Of a DNA stretch of 64,000 bases, positions 50,301 to 62,300 are shown piece by piece. Source of the stretch: Naegleria gruberi (lineage: Eukaryota); the NCBI GenBank assembly GCA_000004985.1, contig GG738849.1. One strand, 5' to 3'. A program made the translations under genes and the position numbers. The number at the start of each line of letters is the position of its first letter. Position 1 is the first letter of the stretch. The notes under the pieces are model-generated. The model worked only from the letters and a program-made list of their open reading frames with translations, ran no database searches and was not told the origin of the DNA.

Positions 50301-53300
50301 NNNNNNNNNNNNNNNNNNNNNNNNNNNNNNNNNNNNNNNNNNNNNNNNNNNNNNNNNNNNNNNNNNNNNNNNNNNNNNNNNNNNNNNNNNNNNNNNNNNN
50401 NNNNNNNNNNNNNNNNNNNNNNNNNNNNNNNNNNNNNNNNNNNNNNNNNNNNNNNNNNNNNNNNNNNNNNNNNNNNNNNNNNNNNNNNNNNNNNNNNNNN
50501 NNNNNNNNNNNNNNNNNNNNNNNNNNNNNNNNNNNNNNNNNNNNNNNNNNNNNNNNNNNNNNNNNNNNNNNNNNNNNNNNNNNNNNNNNNNNNNNNNNNN
50601 NNNNNNNNNNNNNNNNNNNNNNNNNNNNNNNNNNNNNNNNNNNNNNNNNNNNNNNNNNNNNNNNNNNNNNNNNNNNNNNNNNNNNNNNNNNNNNNNNNNN
50701 NNNNNNNNNNNNNNNNNNNNNNNNNNNNNNNNNNNNNNNNNNNNNNNNNNNNNNNNNNNNNNNNNNNNNNNNNNNNNNNNNNNNNNNNNNNNNNNNNNNN
50801 NNNNNNNNNNNNNNNNNNNNNNNNNNNNNNNNNNNNNNNNNNNNNNNNNNNNNNNNNNNNNNNNNNNNNNNNNNNNNNNNNNNNNNNNNNNNNNNNNNNN
50901 NNNNNNNNNNNNNNNNNNNNNNNNNNNNNNNNNNNNNNNNNNNNNNNNNNNNNNNNNNNNNNNNNNNNNNNNNNNNNNNNNNNNNNNNNNNNNNNNNNNN
51001 NNNNNNNNNNNNNNNNNNNNNNNNNNNNNNNNNNNNNNNNNNNNNNNNNNNNNNNNNNNNNNNNNNNNNNNNNNNNNNNNNNNNNNNNNNNNNNNNNNNN
51101 NNNNNNNNNNNNNNNNNNNNNNNNNNNNNNNNNNNNNNNNNNNNNNNNNNNNNNNNNNNNNNNNNNNNNNNNNNNNNNNNNNNNNNNNNNNNNNNNNNNN
51201 NNNNNNNNNNNNNNNNNNNNNNNNNNNNNNNNNNNNNNNNNNNNNNNNNNNNNNNNNNNNNNNNNNNNNNNNNNNNNNNNNNNNNNNNNNNNNNNNNNNN
51301 NNNNNNNNNNNNNNNNNNNNNNNNNNNNNNNNNNNNNNNNNNNNNNNNNNNNNNNNNNNNNNNNNNNNNNNNNNNNNNNNNNNNNNNNNNNNNNNNNNNN
51401 NNNNNNNNNNNNNNNNNNNNNNNNNNNNNNNNNNNNNNNNNNNNNNNNNNNNNNNNNNNNNNNNNNNNNNNNNNNNNNNNNNNNNNNNNNNNNNNNNNNN
51501 NNNNNNNNNNNNNNNNNNNNNNNNNNNNNNNNNNNNNNNNNNNNNNNNNNNNNNNNNNNNNNNNNNNNNNNNNNNNNNNNNNNNNNNNNNNNNNNNNNNN
51601 NNNNNNNNNNNNNNNNNNNNNNNNNNNNNNNNNNNNNNNNNNNNNNNNNNNNNNNNNNNNNNNNNNNNNNNNNNNNNNNNNNNNNNNNNNNNNNNNNNNN
51701 NNNNNNNNNNNNNNNNNNNNNNNNNNNNNNNNNNNNNNNNNNNNNNNNNNNNNNNNNNNNNNNNNNNNNNNNNNNNNNNNNNNNNNNNNNNNNNNNNNNN
51801 NNNNNNNNNNNNNNNNNNNNNNNNNNNNNNNNNNNNNNNNNNNNNNNNNNNNNNNNNNNNNNNNNNNNNNNNNNNNNNNNNNNNNNNNNNNNNNNNNNNN
51901 NNNNNNNNNNNNNNNNNNNNNNNNNNNNNNNNNNNNNNNNNNNNNNNNNNNNNNNNNNNNNNNNNNNNNNNNNNNNNNNNNNNNNNNNNNNNNNNNNNNN
52001 NNNNNNNNNNNNNNNNNNNNNNNNNNNNNNNNNNNNNNNNNNNNNNNNNNNNNNNNNNNNNNNNNNNNNNNNNNNNNNNNNNNNNNNNNNNNNNNNNNNN
52101 NNNNNNNNNNNNNNNNNNNNNNNNNNNNNNNNNNNNNNNNNNNNNNNNNNNNNNNNNNNNNNNNNNNNNNNNNNNNNNNNNNNNNNNNNNNNNNNNNNNN
52201 NNNNNNNNNNNNNNNNNNNNNNNNNNNNNNNNNNNNNNNNNNNNNNNNNNNNNNNNNNNNNNNNNNNNNNNNNNNNNNNNNNNNNNNNNNNNNNNNNNNN
52301 NNNNNNNNNNNNNNNNNNNNNNNNNNNNNNNNNNNNNNNNNNNNNNNNNNNNNNNNNNNNNNNNNNNNNNNNNNNNNNNNNNNNNNNNNNNNNNNNNNNN
52401 NNNNNNNNNNNNNNNNNNNNNNNNNNNNNNNNNNNNNNNNNNNNNNNNNNNNNNNNNNNNNNNNNNNNNNNNNNNNNNNNNNNNNNNNNNNNNNNNNNNN
52501 NNNNNNNNNNNNNNNNNNNNNNNNNNNNNNNNNNNNNNNNNNNNNNNNNNNNNNNNNNNNNNNNNNNNNNNNNNNNNNNNNNNNNNNNNNNNNNNNNNNN
52601 NNNNNNNNNNNNNNNNNNNNNNNNNNNNNNNNNNNNNNNNNNNNNNNNNNNNNNNNNNNNNNNNNNNNNNNNNNNNNNNNNNNNNNNNNNNNNNNNNNNN
52701 NNNNNNNNNNNNNNNNNNNNNNNNNNNNNNNNNNNNNNNNNNNNNNNNNNNNNNNNNNNNNNNNNNNNNNNNNNNNNNNNNNNNNNNNNNNNNNNNNNNN
52801 NNNNNNNNNNNNNNNNNNNNNNNNNNNNNNNNNNNNNNNNNNNNNNNNNNNNNNNNNNNNNNNNNNNNNNNNNNNNNNNNNNNNNNNNNNNNNNNNNNNN
52901 NNNNNNNNNNNNNNNNNNNNNNNNNNNNNNNNNNNNNNNNNNNNNNNNNNNNNNNNNNNNNNNNNNNNNNNNNNNNNNNNNNNNNNNNNNNNNNNNNNNN
53001 NNNNNNNNNNNNNNNNNNNNNNNNNNNNNNNNNNNNNNNNNNNNNNNNNNNNNNNNNNNNNNNNNNNNNNNNNNNNNNNNNNNNNNNNNNNNNNNNNNNN
53101 NNNNNNNNNNNNNNNNNNNNNNNNNNNNNNNNNNNNNNNNNNNNNNNNNNNNNNNNNNNNNNNNNNNNNNNNNNNNNNNNNNNNNNNNNNNNNNNNNNNN
53201 NNNNNNNNNNNNNNNNNNNNNNNNNNNNNNNNNNNNNNNNNNNNNNNNNNNNNNNNNNNNNNNNNNNNNNNNNNNNNNNNNNNNNNNNNNNNNNNNNNNN

Positions 53301-56300
53301 NNNNNNNNNNNNNNNNNNNNNNNNNNNNNNNNNNNNNNNNNNNNNNNNNNNNNNNNNNNNNNNNNNNNNNNNNNNNNNNNNNNNNNNNNNNNNNNNNNNN
53401 NNNNNNNNNNNNNNNNNNNNNNNNNNNNNNNNNNNNNNNNNNNNNNNNNNNNNNNNNNNNNNNNNNNNNNNNNNNNNNNNNNNNNNNNNNNNNNNNNNNN
53501 NNNNNNNNNNNNNNNNNNNNNNNNNNNNNNNNNNNNNNNNNNNNNNNNNNNNNNNNNNNNNNNNNNNNNNNNNNNNNNNNNNNNNNNNNNNNNNNNNNNN
53601 NNNNNNNNNNNNNNNNNNNNNNNNNNNNNNNNNNNNNNNNNNNNNNNNNNNNNNNNNNNNNNNNNNNNNNNNNNNNNNNNNNNNNNNNNNNNNNNNNNNN
53701 NNNNNNNNNNNNNNNNNNNNNNNNNNNNNNNNNNNNNNNNNNNNNNNNNNNNNNNNNNNNNNNNNNNNNNNNNNNNNNNNNNNNNNNNNNNNNNNNNNNN
53801 NNNNNNNNNNNNNNNNNNNNNNNNNNNNNNNNNNNNNNNNNNNNNNNNNNNNNNNNNNNNNNNNNNNNNNNNNNNNNNNNNNNNNNNNNNNNNNNNNNNN
53901 NNNNNNNNNNNNNNNNNNNNNNNNNNNNNNNNNNNNNNNNNNNNNNNNNNNNNNNNNNNNNNNNNNNNNNNNNNNNNNNNNNNNNNNNNNNNNNNNNNNN
54001 NNNNNNNNNNNNNNNNNNNNNNNNNNNNNNNNNNNNNNNNNNNNNNNNNNNNNNNNNNNNNNNNNNNNNNNNNNNNNNNNNNNNNNNNNNNNNNNNNNNN
54101 NNNNNNNNNNNNNNNNNNNNNNNNNNNNNNNNNNNNNNNNNNNNNNNNNNNNNNNNNNNNNNNNNNNNNNNNNNNNNNNNNNNNNNNNNNNNNNNNNNNN
54201 NNNNNNNNNNNNNNNNNNNNNNNNNNNNNNNNNNNNNNNNNNNNNNNNNNNNNNNNNNNNNNNNNNNNNNNNNNNNNNNNNNNNNNNNNNNNNNNNNNNN
54301 NNNNNNNNNNNNNNNNNNNNNNNNNNNNNNNNNNNNNNNNNNNNNNNNNNNNNNNNNNNNNNNNNNNNNNNNNNNNNNNNNNNNNNNNNNNNNNNNNNNN
54401 NNNNNNNNNNNNNNNNNNNNNNNNNNNNNNNNNNNNNNNNNNNNNNNNNNNNNNNNNNNNNNNNNNNNNNNNNNNNNNNNNNNNNNNNNNNNNNNNNNNN
54501 NNNNNNNNNNNNNNNNNNNNNNNNNNNNNNNNNNNNNNNNNNNNNNNNNNNNNNNNNNNNNNNNNNNNNNNNNNNNNNNNNNNNNNNNNNNNNNNNNNNN
54601 NNNNNNNNNNNNNNNNNNNNNNNNNNNNNNNNNNNNNNNNNNNNNNNNNNNNNNNNNNNNNNNNNNNNNNNNNNNNNNNNNNNNNNNNNNNNNNNNNNNN
54701 NNNNNNNNNNNNNNNNNNNNNNNNNNNNNNNNNNNNNNNNNNNNNNNNNNNNNNNNNNNNNNNNNNNNNNNNNNNNNNNNNNNNNNNNNNNNNNNNNNNN
54801 NNNNNNNNNNNNNNNNNNNNNNNNNNNNNNNNNNNNNNNNNNNNNNNNNNNNNNNNNNNNNNNNNNNNNNNNNNNNNNNNNNNNNNNNNNNNNNNNNNNN
54901 NNNNNNNNNNNNNNNNNNNNNNNNNNNNNNNNNNNNNNNNNNNNNNNNNNNNNNNNNNNNNNNNNNNNNNNNNNNNNNNNNNNNNNNNNNNNNNNNNNNN
55001 NNNNNNNNNNNNNNNNNNNNNNNNNNNNNNNNNNNNNNNNNNNNNNNNNNNNNNNNNNNNNNNNNNNNNNNNNNNNNNNNNNNNNNNNNNNNNNNNNNNN
55101 NNNNNNNNNNNNNNNNNNNNNNNNNNNNNNNNNNNNNNNNNNNNNNNNNNNNNNNNNNNNNNNNNNNNNNNNNNNNNNNNNNNNNNNNNNNNNNNNNNNN
55201 NNNNNNNNNNNNNNNNNNNNNNNNNNNNNNNNNNNNNNNNNNNNNNNNNNNNNNNNNNNNNNNNNNNNNNNNNNNNNNNNNNNNNNNNNNNNNNNNNNNN
55301 NNNNNNNNNNNNNNNNNNNNNNNNNNNNNNNNNNNNNNNNNNNNNNNNNNNNNNNNNNNNNNNNNNNNNNNNNNNNNNNNNNNNNNNNNNNNNNNNNNNN
55401 NNNNNNNNNNNNNNNNNNNNNNNNNNNNNNNNNNNNNNNNNNNNNNNNNNNNNNNNNNNNNNNNNNNNNNNNNNNNNNNNNNNNNNNNNNNNNNNNNNNN
55501 NNNNNNNNNNNNNNNNNNNNNNNNNNNNNNNNNNNNNNNNNNNNNNNNNNNNNNNNNNNNNNNNNNNNNNNNNNNNNNNNNNNNNNNNNNNNNNNNNNNN
55601 NNNNNNNNNNNNNNNNNNNNNNNNNNNNNNNNNNNNNNNNNNNNNNNNNNNNNNNNNNNNNNNNNNNNNNNNNNNNNNNNNNNNNNNNNNNNNNNNNNNN
55701 NNNNNNNNNNNNNNNNNNNNNNNNNNNNNNNNNNNNNNNNNNNNNNNNNNNNNNNNNNNNNNNNNNNNNNNNNNNNNNNNNNNNNNNNNNNNNNNNNNNN
55801 NNNNNNNNNNNNNNNNNNNNNNNNNNNNNNNNNNNNNNNNNNNNNNNNNNNNNNNNNNNNNNNNNNNNNNNNNNNNNNNNNNNNNNNNNNNNNNNNNNNN
55901 NNNNNNNNNNNNNNNNNNNNNNNNNNNNNNNNNNNNNNNNNNNNNNNNNNNNNNNNNNNNNNNNNNNNNNNNNNNNNNNNNNNNNNNNNNNNNNNNNNNN
56001 NNNNNNNNNNNNNNNNNNNNNNNNNNNNNNNNNNNNNNNNNNNNNNNNNNNNNNNNNNNNNNNNNNNNNNNNNNNNNNNNNNNNNNNNNNNNNNNNNNNN
56101 NNNNNNNNNNNNNNNNNNNNNNNNNNNNNNNNNNNNNNNNNNNNNNNNNNNNNNNNNNNNNNNNNNNNNNNNNNNNNNNNNNNNNNNNNNNNNNNNNNNN
56201 NNNNNNNNNNNNNNNNNNNNNNNNNNNNNNNNNNNNNNNNNNNNNNNNNNNNNNNNNNNNNNNNNNNNNNNNNNNNNNNNNNNNNNNNNNNNNNNNNNNN

Positions 56301-59300
56301 NNNNNNNNNNNNNNNNNNNNNNNNNNNNNNNNNNNNNNNNNNNNNNNNNNNNNNNNNNNNNNNNNNNNNNNNNNNNNNNNNNNNNNNNNNNNNNNNNNNN
56401 NNNNNNNNNNNNNNNNNNNNNNNNNNNNNNNNNNNNNNNNNNNNNNNNNNNNNNNNNNNNNNNNNNNNNNNNNNNNNNNNNNNNNNNNNNNNNNNNNNNN
56501 NNNNNNNNNNNNNNNNNNNNNNNNNNNNNNNNNNNNNNNNNNNNNNNNNNNNNNNNNNNNNNNNNNNNNNNNNNNNNNNNNNNNNNNNNNNNNNNNNNNN
56601 NNNNNNNNNNNNNNNNNNNNNNNNNNNNNNNNNNNNNNNNNNNNNNNNNNNNNNNNNNNNNNNNNNNNNNNNNNNNNNNNNNNNNNNNNNNNNNNNNNNN
56701 NNNNNNNNNNNNNNNNNNNNNNNNNNNNNNNNNNNNNNNNNNNNNNNNNNNNNNNNNNNNNNNNNNNNNNNNNNNNNNNNNNNNNNNNNNNNNNNNNNNN
56801 NNNNNNNNNNNNNNNNNNNNNNNNNNNNNNNNNNNNNNNNNNNNNNNNNNNNNNNNNNNNNNNNNNNNNNNNNNNNNNNNNNNNNNNNNNNNNNNNNNNN
56901 NNNNNNNNNNNNNNNNNNNNNNNNNNNNNNNNNNNNNNNNNNNNNNNNNNNNNNNNNNNNNNNNNNNNNNNNNNNNNNNNNNNNNNNNNNNNNNNNNNNN
57001 NNNNNNNNNNNNNNNNNNNNNNNNNNNNNNNNNNNNNNNNNNNNNNNNNNNNNNNNNNNNNNNNNNNNNNNNNNNNNNNNNNNNNNNNNNNNNNNNNNNN
57101 NNNNNNNNNNNNNNNNNNNNNNNNNNNNNNNNNNNNNNNNNNNNNNNNNNNNNNNNNNNNNNNNNNNNNNNNNNNNNNNNNNNNNNNNNNNNNNNNNNNN
57201 NNNNNNNNNNNNNNNNNNNNNNNNNNNNNNNNNNNNNNNNNNNNNNNNNNNNNNNNNNNNNNNNNNNNNNNNNNNNNNNNNNNNNNNNNNNNNNNNNNNN
57301 NNNNNNNNNNNNNNNNNNNNNNNNNNNNNNNNNNNNNNNNNNNNNNNNNNNNNNNNNNNNNNNNNNNNNNNNNNNNNNNNNNNNNNNNNNNNNNNNNNNN
57401 NNNNNNNNNNNNNNNNNNNNNNNNNNNNNNNNNNNNNNNNNNNNNNNNNNNNNNNNNNNNNNNNNNNNNNNNNNNNNNNNNNNNNNNNNNNNNNNNNNNN
57501 NNNNNNNNNNNNNNNNNNNNNNNNNNNNNNNNNNNNNNNNNNNNNNNNNNNNNNNNNNNNNNNNNNNNNNNNNNNNNNNNNNNNNNNNNNNNNNNNNNNN
57601 NNNNNNNNNNNNNNNNNNNNNNNNNNNNNNNNNNNNNNNNNNNNNNNNNNNNNNNNNNNNNNNNNNNNNNNNNNNNNNNNNNNNNNNNNNNNNNNNNNNN
57701 NNNNNNNNNNNNNNNNNNNNNNNNNNNNNNNNNNNNNNNNNNNNNNNNNNNNNNNNNNNNNNNNNNNNNNNNNNNNNNNNNNNNNNNNNNNNNNNNNNNN
57801 NNNNNNNNNNNNNNNNNNNNNNNNNNNNNNNNNNNNNNNNNNNNNNNNNNNNNNNNNNNNNNNNNNNNNNNNNNNNNNNNNNNNNNNNNNNNNNNNNNNN
57901 NNNNNNNNNNNNNNNNNNNNNNNNNNNNNNNNNNNNNNNNNNNNNNNNNNNNNNNNNNNNNNNNNNNNNNNNNNNNNNNNNNNNNNNNNNNNNNNNNNNN
58001 NNNNNNNNNNNNNNNNNNNNNNNNNNNNNNNNNNNNNNNNNNNNNNNNNNNNNNNNNNNNNNNNNNNNNNNNNNNNNNNNNNNNNNNNNNNNNNNNNNNN
58101 NNNNNNNNNNNNNNNNNNNNNNNNNNNNNNNNNNNNNNNNNNNNNNNNNNNNNNNNNNNNNNNNNNNNNNNNNNNNNNNNNNNNNNNNNNNNNNNNNNNN
58201 NNNNNNNNNNNNNNNNNNNNNNNNNNNNNNNNNNNNNNNNNNNNNNNNNNNNNNNNNNNNNNNNNNNNNNNNNNNNNNNNNNNNNNNNNNNNNNNNNNNN
58301 NNNNNNNNNNNNNNNNNNNNNNNNNNNNNNNNNNNNNNNNNNNNNNNNNNNNNNNNNNNNNNNNNNNNNNNNNNNNNNNNNNNNNNNNNNNNNNNNNNNN
58401 NNNNNNNNNNNNNNNNNNNNNNNNNNNNNNNNNNNNNNNNNNNNNNNNNNNNNNNNNNNNNNNNNNNNNNNNNNNNNNNNNNNNNNNNNNNNNNNNNNNN
58501 NNNNNNNNNNNNNNNNNNNNNNNNNNNNNNNNNNNNNNNNNNNNNNNNNNNNNNNNNNNNNNNNNNNNNNNNNNNNNNNNNNNNNNNNNNNNNNNNNNNN
58601 NNNNNNNNNNNNNNNNNNNNNNNNNNNNNNNNNNNNNNNNNNNNNNNNNNNNNNNNNNNNNNNNNNNNNNNNNNNNNNNNNNNNNNNNNNNNNNNNNNNN
58701 NNNNNNNNNNNNNNNNNNNNNNNNNNNNNNNNNNNNNNNNNNNNNNNNNNNNNNNNNNNNNNNNNNNNNNNNNNNNNNNNNNNNNNNNNNNNNNNNNNNN
58801 NNNNNNNNNNNNNNNNNNNNNNNNNNNNNNNNNNNNNNNNNNNNNNNNNNNNNNNNNNNNNNNNNNNNNNNNNNNNNNNNNNNNNNNNNNNNNNNNNNNN
58901 NNNNNNNNNNNNNNNNNNNNNNNNNNNNNNNNNNNNNNNNNNNNNNNNNNNNNNNNNNNNNNNNNNNNNNNNNNNNNNNNNNNNNNNNNNNNNNNNNNNN
59001 NNNNNNNNNNNNNNNNNNNNNNNNNNNNNNNNNNNNNNNNNNNNNNNNNNNNNNNNNNNNNNNNNNNNNNNNNNNNNNNNNNNNNNNNNNNNNNNNNNNN
59101 NNNNNNNNNNNNNNNNNNNNNNNNNNNNNNNNNNNNNNNNNNNNNNNNNNNNNNNNNNNNNNNNNNNNNNNNNNNNNNNNNNNNNNNNNNNNNNNNNNNN
59201 NNNNNNNNNNNNNNNNNNNNNNNNNNNNNNNNNNNNNNNNNNNNNNNNNNNNNNNNNNNNNNNNNNNNNNNNNNNNNNNNNNNNNNNNNNNNNNNNNNNN

Positions 59301-62300
59301 NNNNNNNNNNNNNNNNNNNNNNNNNNNNNNNNNNNNNNNNNNNNNNNNNNNNNNNNNNNNNNNNNNNNNNNNNNNNNNNNNNNNNNNNNNNNNNNNNNNN
59401 NNNNNNNNNNNNNNNNNNNNNNNNNNNNNNNNNNNNNNNNNNNNNNNNNNNNNNNNNNNNNNNNNNNNNNNNNNNNNNNNNNNNNNNNNNNNNNNNNNNN
59501 NNNNNNNNNNNNNNNNNNNNNNNNNNNNNNNNNNNNNNNNNNNNNNNNNNNNNNNNNNNNNNNNNNNNNNNNNNNNNNNNNNNNNNNNNNNNNNNNNNNN
59601 NNNNNNNNNNNNNNNNNNNNNNNNNNNNNNNNNNNNNNNNNNNNNNNNNNNNNNNNNNNNNNNNNNNNNNNNNNNNNNNNNNNNNNNNNNNNNNNNNNNN
59701 NNNNNNNNNNNNNNNNNNNNNNNNNNNNNNNNNNNNNNNNNNNNNNNNNNNNNNNNNNNNNNNNNNNNNNNNNNNNNNNNNNNNNNNNNNNNNNNNNNNN
59801 NNNNNNNNNNNNNNNNNNNNNNNNNNNNNNNNNNNNNNNNNNNNNNNNNNNNNNNNNNNNNNNNNNNNNNNNNNNNNNNNNNNNNNNNNNNNNNNNNNNN
59901 NNNNNNNNNNNNNNNNNNNNNNNNNNNNNNNNNNNNNNNNNNNNNNNNNNNNNNNNNNNNNNNNNNNNNNNNNNNNNNNNNNNNNNNNNNNNNNNNNNNN
60001 NNNNNNNNNNNNNNNNNNNNNNNNNNNNNNNNNNNNNNNNNNNNNNNNNNNNNNNNNNNNNNNNNNNNNNNNNNNNNNNNNNNNNNNNNNNNNNNNNNNN
60101 NNNNNNNNNNNNNNNNNNNNNNNNNNNNNNNNNNNNNNNNNNNNNNNNNNNNNNNNNNNNNNNNNNNNNNNNNNNNNNNNNNNNNNNNNNNNNNNNNNNN
60201 NNNNNNNNNNNNNNNNNNNNNNNNNNNNNNNNNNNNNNNNNNNNNNNNNNNNNNNNNNNNNNNNNNNNNNNNNNNNNNNNNNNNNNNNNNNNNNNNNNNN
60301 NNNNNNNNNNNNNNNNNNNNNNNNNNNNNNNNNNNNNNNNNNNNNNNNNNNNNNNNNNNNNNNNNNNNNNNNNNNNNNNNNNNNNNNNNNNNNNNNNNNN
60401 NNNNNNNNNNNNNNNNNNNNNNNNNNNNNNNNNNNNNNNNNNNNNNNNNNNNNNNNNNNNNNNNNNNNNNNNNNNNNNNNNNNNNNNNNNNNNNNNNNNN
60501 NNNNNNNNNNNNNNNNNNNNNNNNNNNNNNNNNNNNNNNNNNNNNNNNNNNNNNNNNNNNNNNNNNNNNNNNNNNNNNNNNNNNNNNNNNNNNNNNNNNN
60601 NNNNNNNNNNNNNNNNNNNNNNNNNNNNNNNNNNNNNNNNNNNNNNNNNNNNNNNNNNNNNNNNNNNNNNNNNNNNNNNNNNNNNNNNNNNNNNNNNNNN
60701 NNNNNNNNNNNNNNNNNNNNNNNNNNNNNNNNNNNNNNNNNNNNNNNNNNNNNNNNNNNNNNNNNNNNNNNNNNNNNNNNNNNNNNNNNNNNNNNNNNNN
60801 NNNNNNNNNNNNNNNNNNNNNNNNNNNNNNNNNNNNNNNNNNNNNNNNNNNNNNNNNNNNNNNNNNNNNNNNNNNNNNNNNNNNNNNNNNNNNNNNNNNN
60901 NNNNNNNNNNNNNNNNNNNNNNNNNNNNNNNNNNNNNNNNNNNNNNNNNNNNNNNNNNNNNNNNNNNNNNNNNNNNNNNNNNNNNNNNNNNNNNNNNNNN
61001 NNNNNNNNNNNNNNNNNNNNNNNNNNNNNNNNNNNNNNNNNNNNNNNNNNNNNNNNNNNNNNNNNNNNNNNNNNNNNNNNNNNNNNNNNNNNNNNNNNNN
61101 NNNNNNNNNNNNNNNNNNNNNNNNNNNNNNNNNNNNNNNNNNNNNNNNNNNNNNNNNNNNNNNNNNNNNNNNNNNNNNNNNNNNNNNNNNNNNNNNNNNN
61201 NNNNNNNNNNNNNNNNNNNNNNNNNNNNNNNNNNNNNNNNNNNNNNNNNNNNNNNNNNNNNNNNNNNNNNNNNNNNNNNNNNNNNNNNNNNNNNNNNNNN
61301 NNNNNNNNNNNNNNNNNNNNNNNNNNNNNNNNNNNNNNNNNNNNNNNNNNNNNNNNNNNNNNNNNNNNNNNNNNNNNNNNNNNNNNNNNNNNNNNNNNNN
61401 NNNNNNNNNNNNNNNNNNNNNNNNNNNNNNNNNNNNNNNNNNNNNNNNNNNNNNNNNNNNNNNNNNNNNNNNNNNNNNNNNNNNNNNNNNNNNNNNNNNN
61501 NNNNNNNNNNNNNNNNNNNNNNNNNNNNNNNNNNNNNNNNNNNNNNNNNNNNNNNNNNNNNNNNNNNNNNNNNNNNNNNNNNNNNNNNNNNNNNNNNNNN
61601 NNNNNNNNNNNNNNNNNNNNNNNNNNNNNNNNNNNNNNNNNNNNNNNNNNNNNNNNNNNNNNNNNNNNNNNNNNNNNNNNNNNNNNNNNNNNNNNNNNNN
61701 NNNNNNNNNNNNNNNNNNNNNNNNNNNNNNNNNNNNNNNNNNNNNNNNNNNNNNNNNNNNNNNNNNNNNNNNNNNNNNNNNNNNNNNNNNNNNNNNNNNN
61801 NNNNNNNNNNNNNNNNNNNNNNNNNNNNNNNNNNNNNNNNNNNNNNNNNNNNNNNNNNNNNNNNNNNNNNNNNNNNNNNNNNNNNNNNNNNNNNNNNNNN
61901 NNNNNNNNNNNNNNNNNNNNNNNNNNNNNNNNNNNNNNNNNNNNNNNNNNNNNNNNNNNNNNNNNNNNNNNNNNNNNNNNNNNNNNNNNNNNNNNNNNNN
62001 NNNNNNNNNNNNNNNNNNNNNNNNNNNNNNNNNNNNNNNNNNNNNNNNNNNNNNNNNNNNNNNNNNNNNNNNNNNNNNNNNNNNNNNNNNNNNNNNNNNN
62101 NNNNNNNNNNNNNNNNNNNNNNNNNNNNNNNNNNNNNNNNNNNNNNNNNNNNNNNNNNNNNNNNNNNNNNNNNNNNNNNNNNNNNNNNNNNNNNNNNNNN
62201 NNNNNNNNNNNNNNNNNNNNNNNNNNNNNNNNNNNNNNNNNNNNNNNNNNNNNNNNNNNNNNNNNNNNNNNNNNNNNNNNNNNNNNNNNNNNNNNNNNNN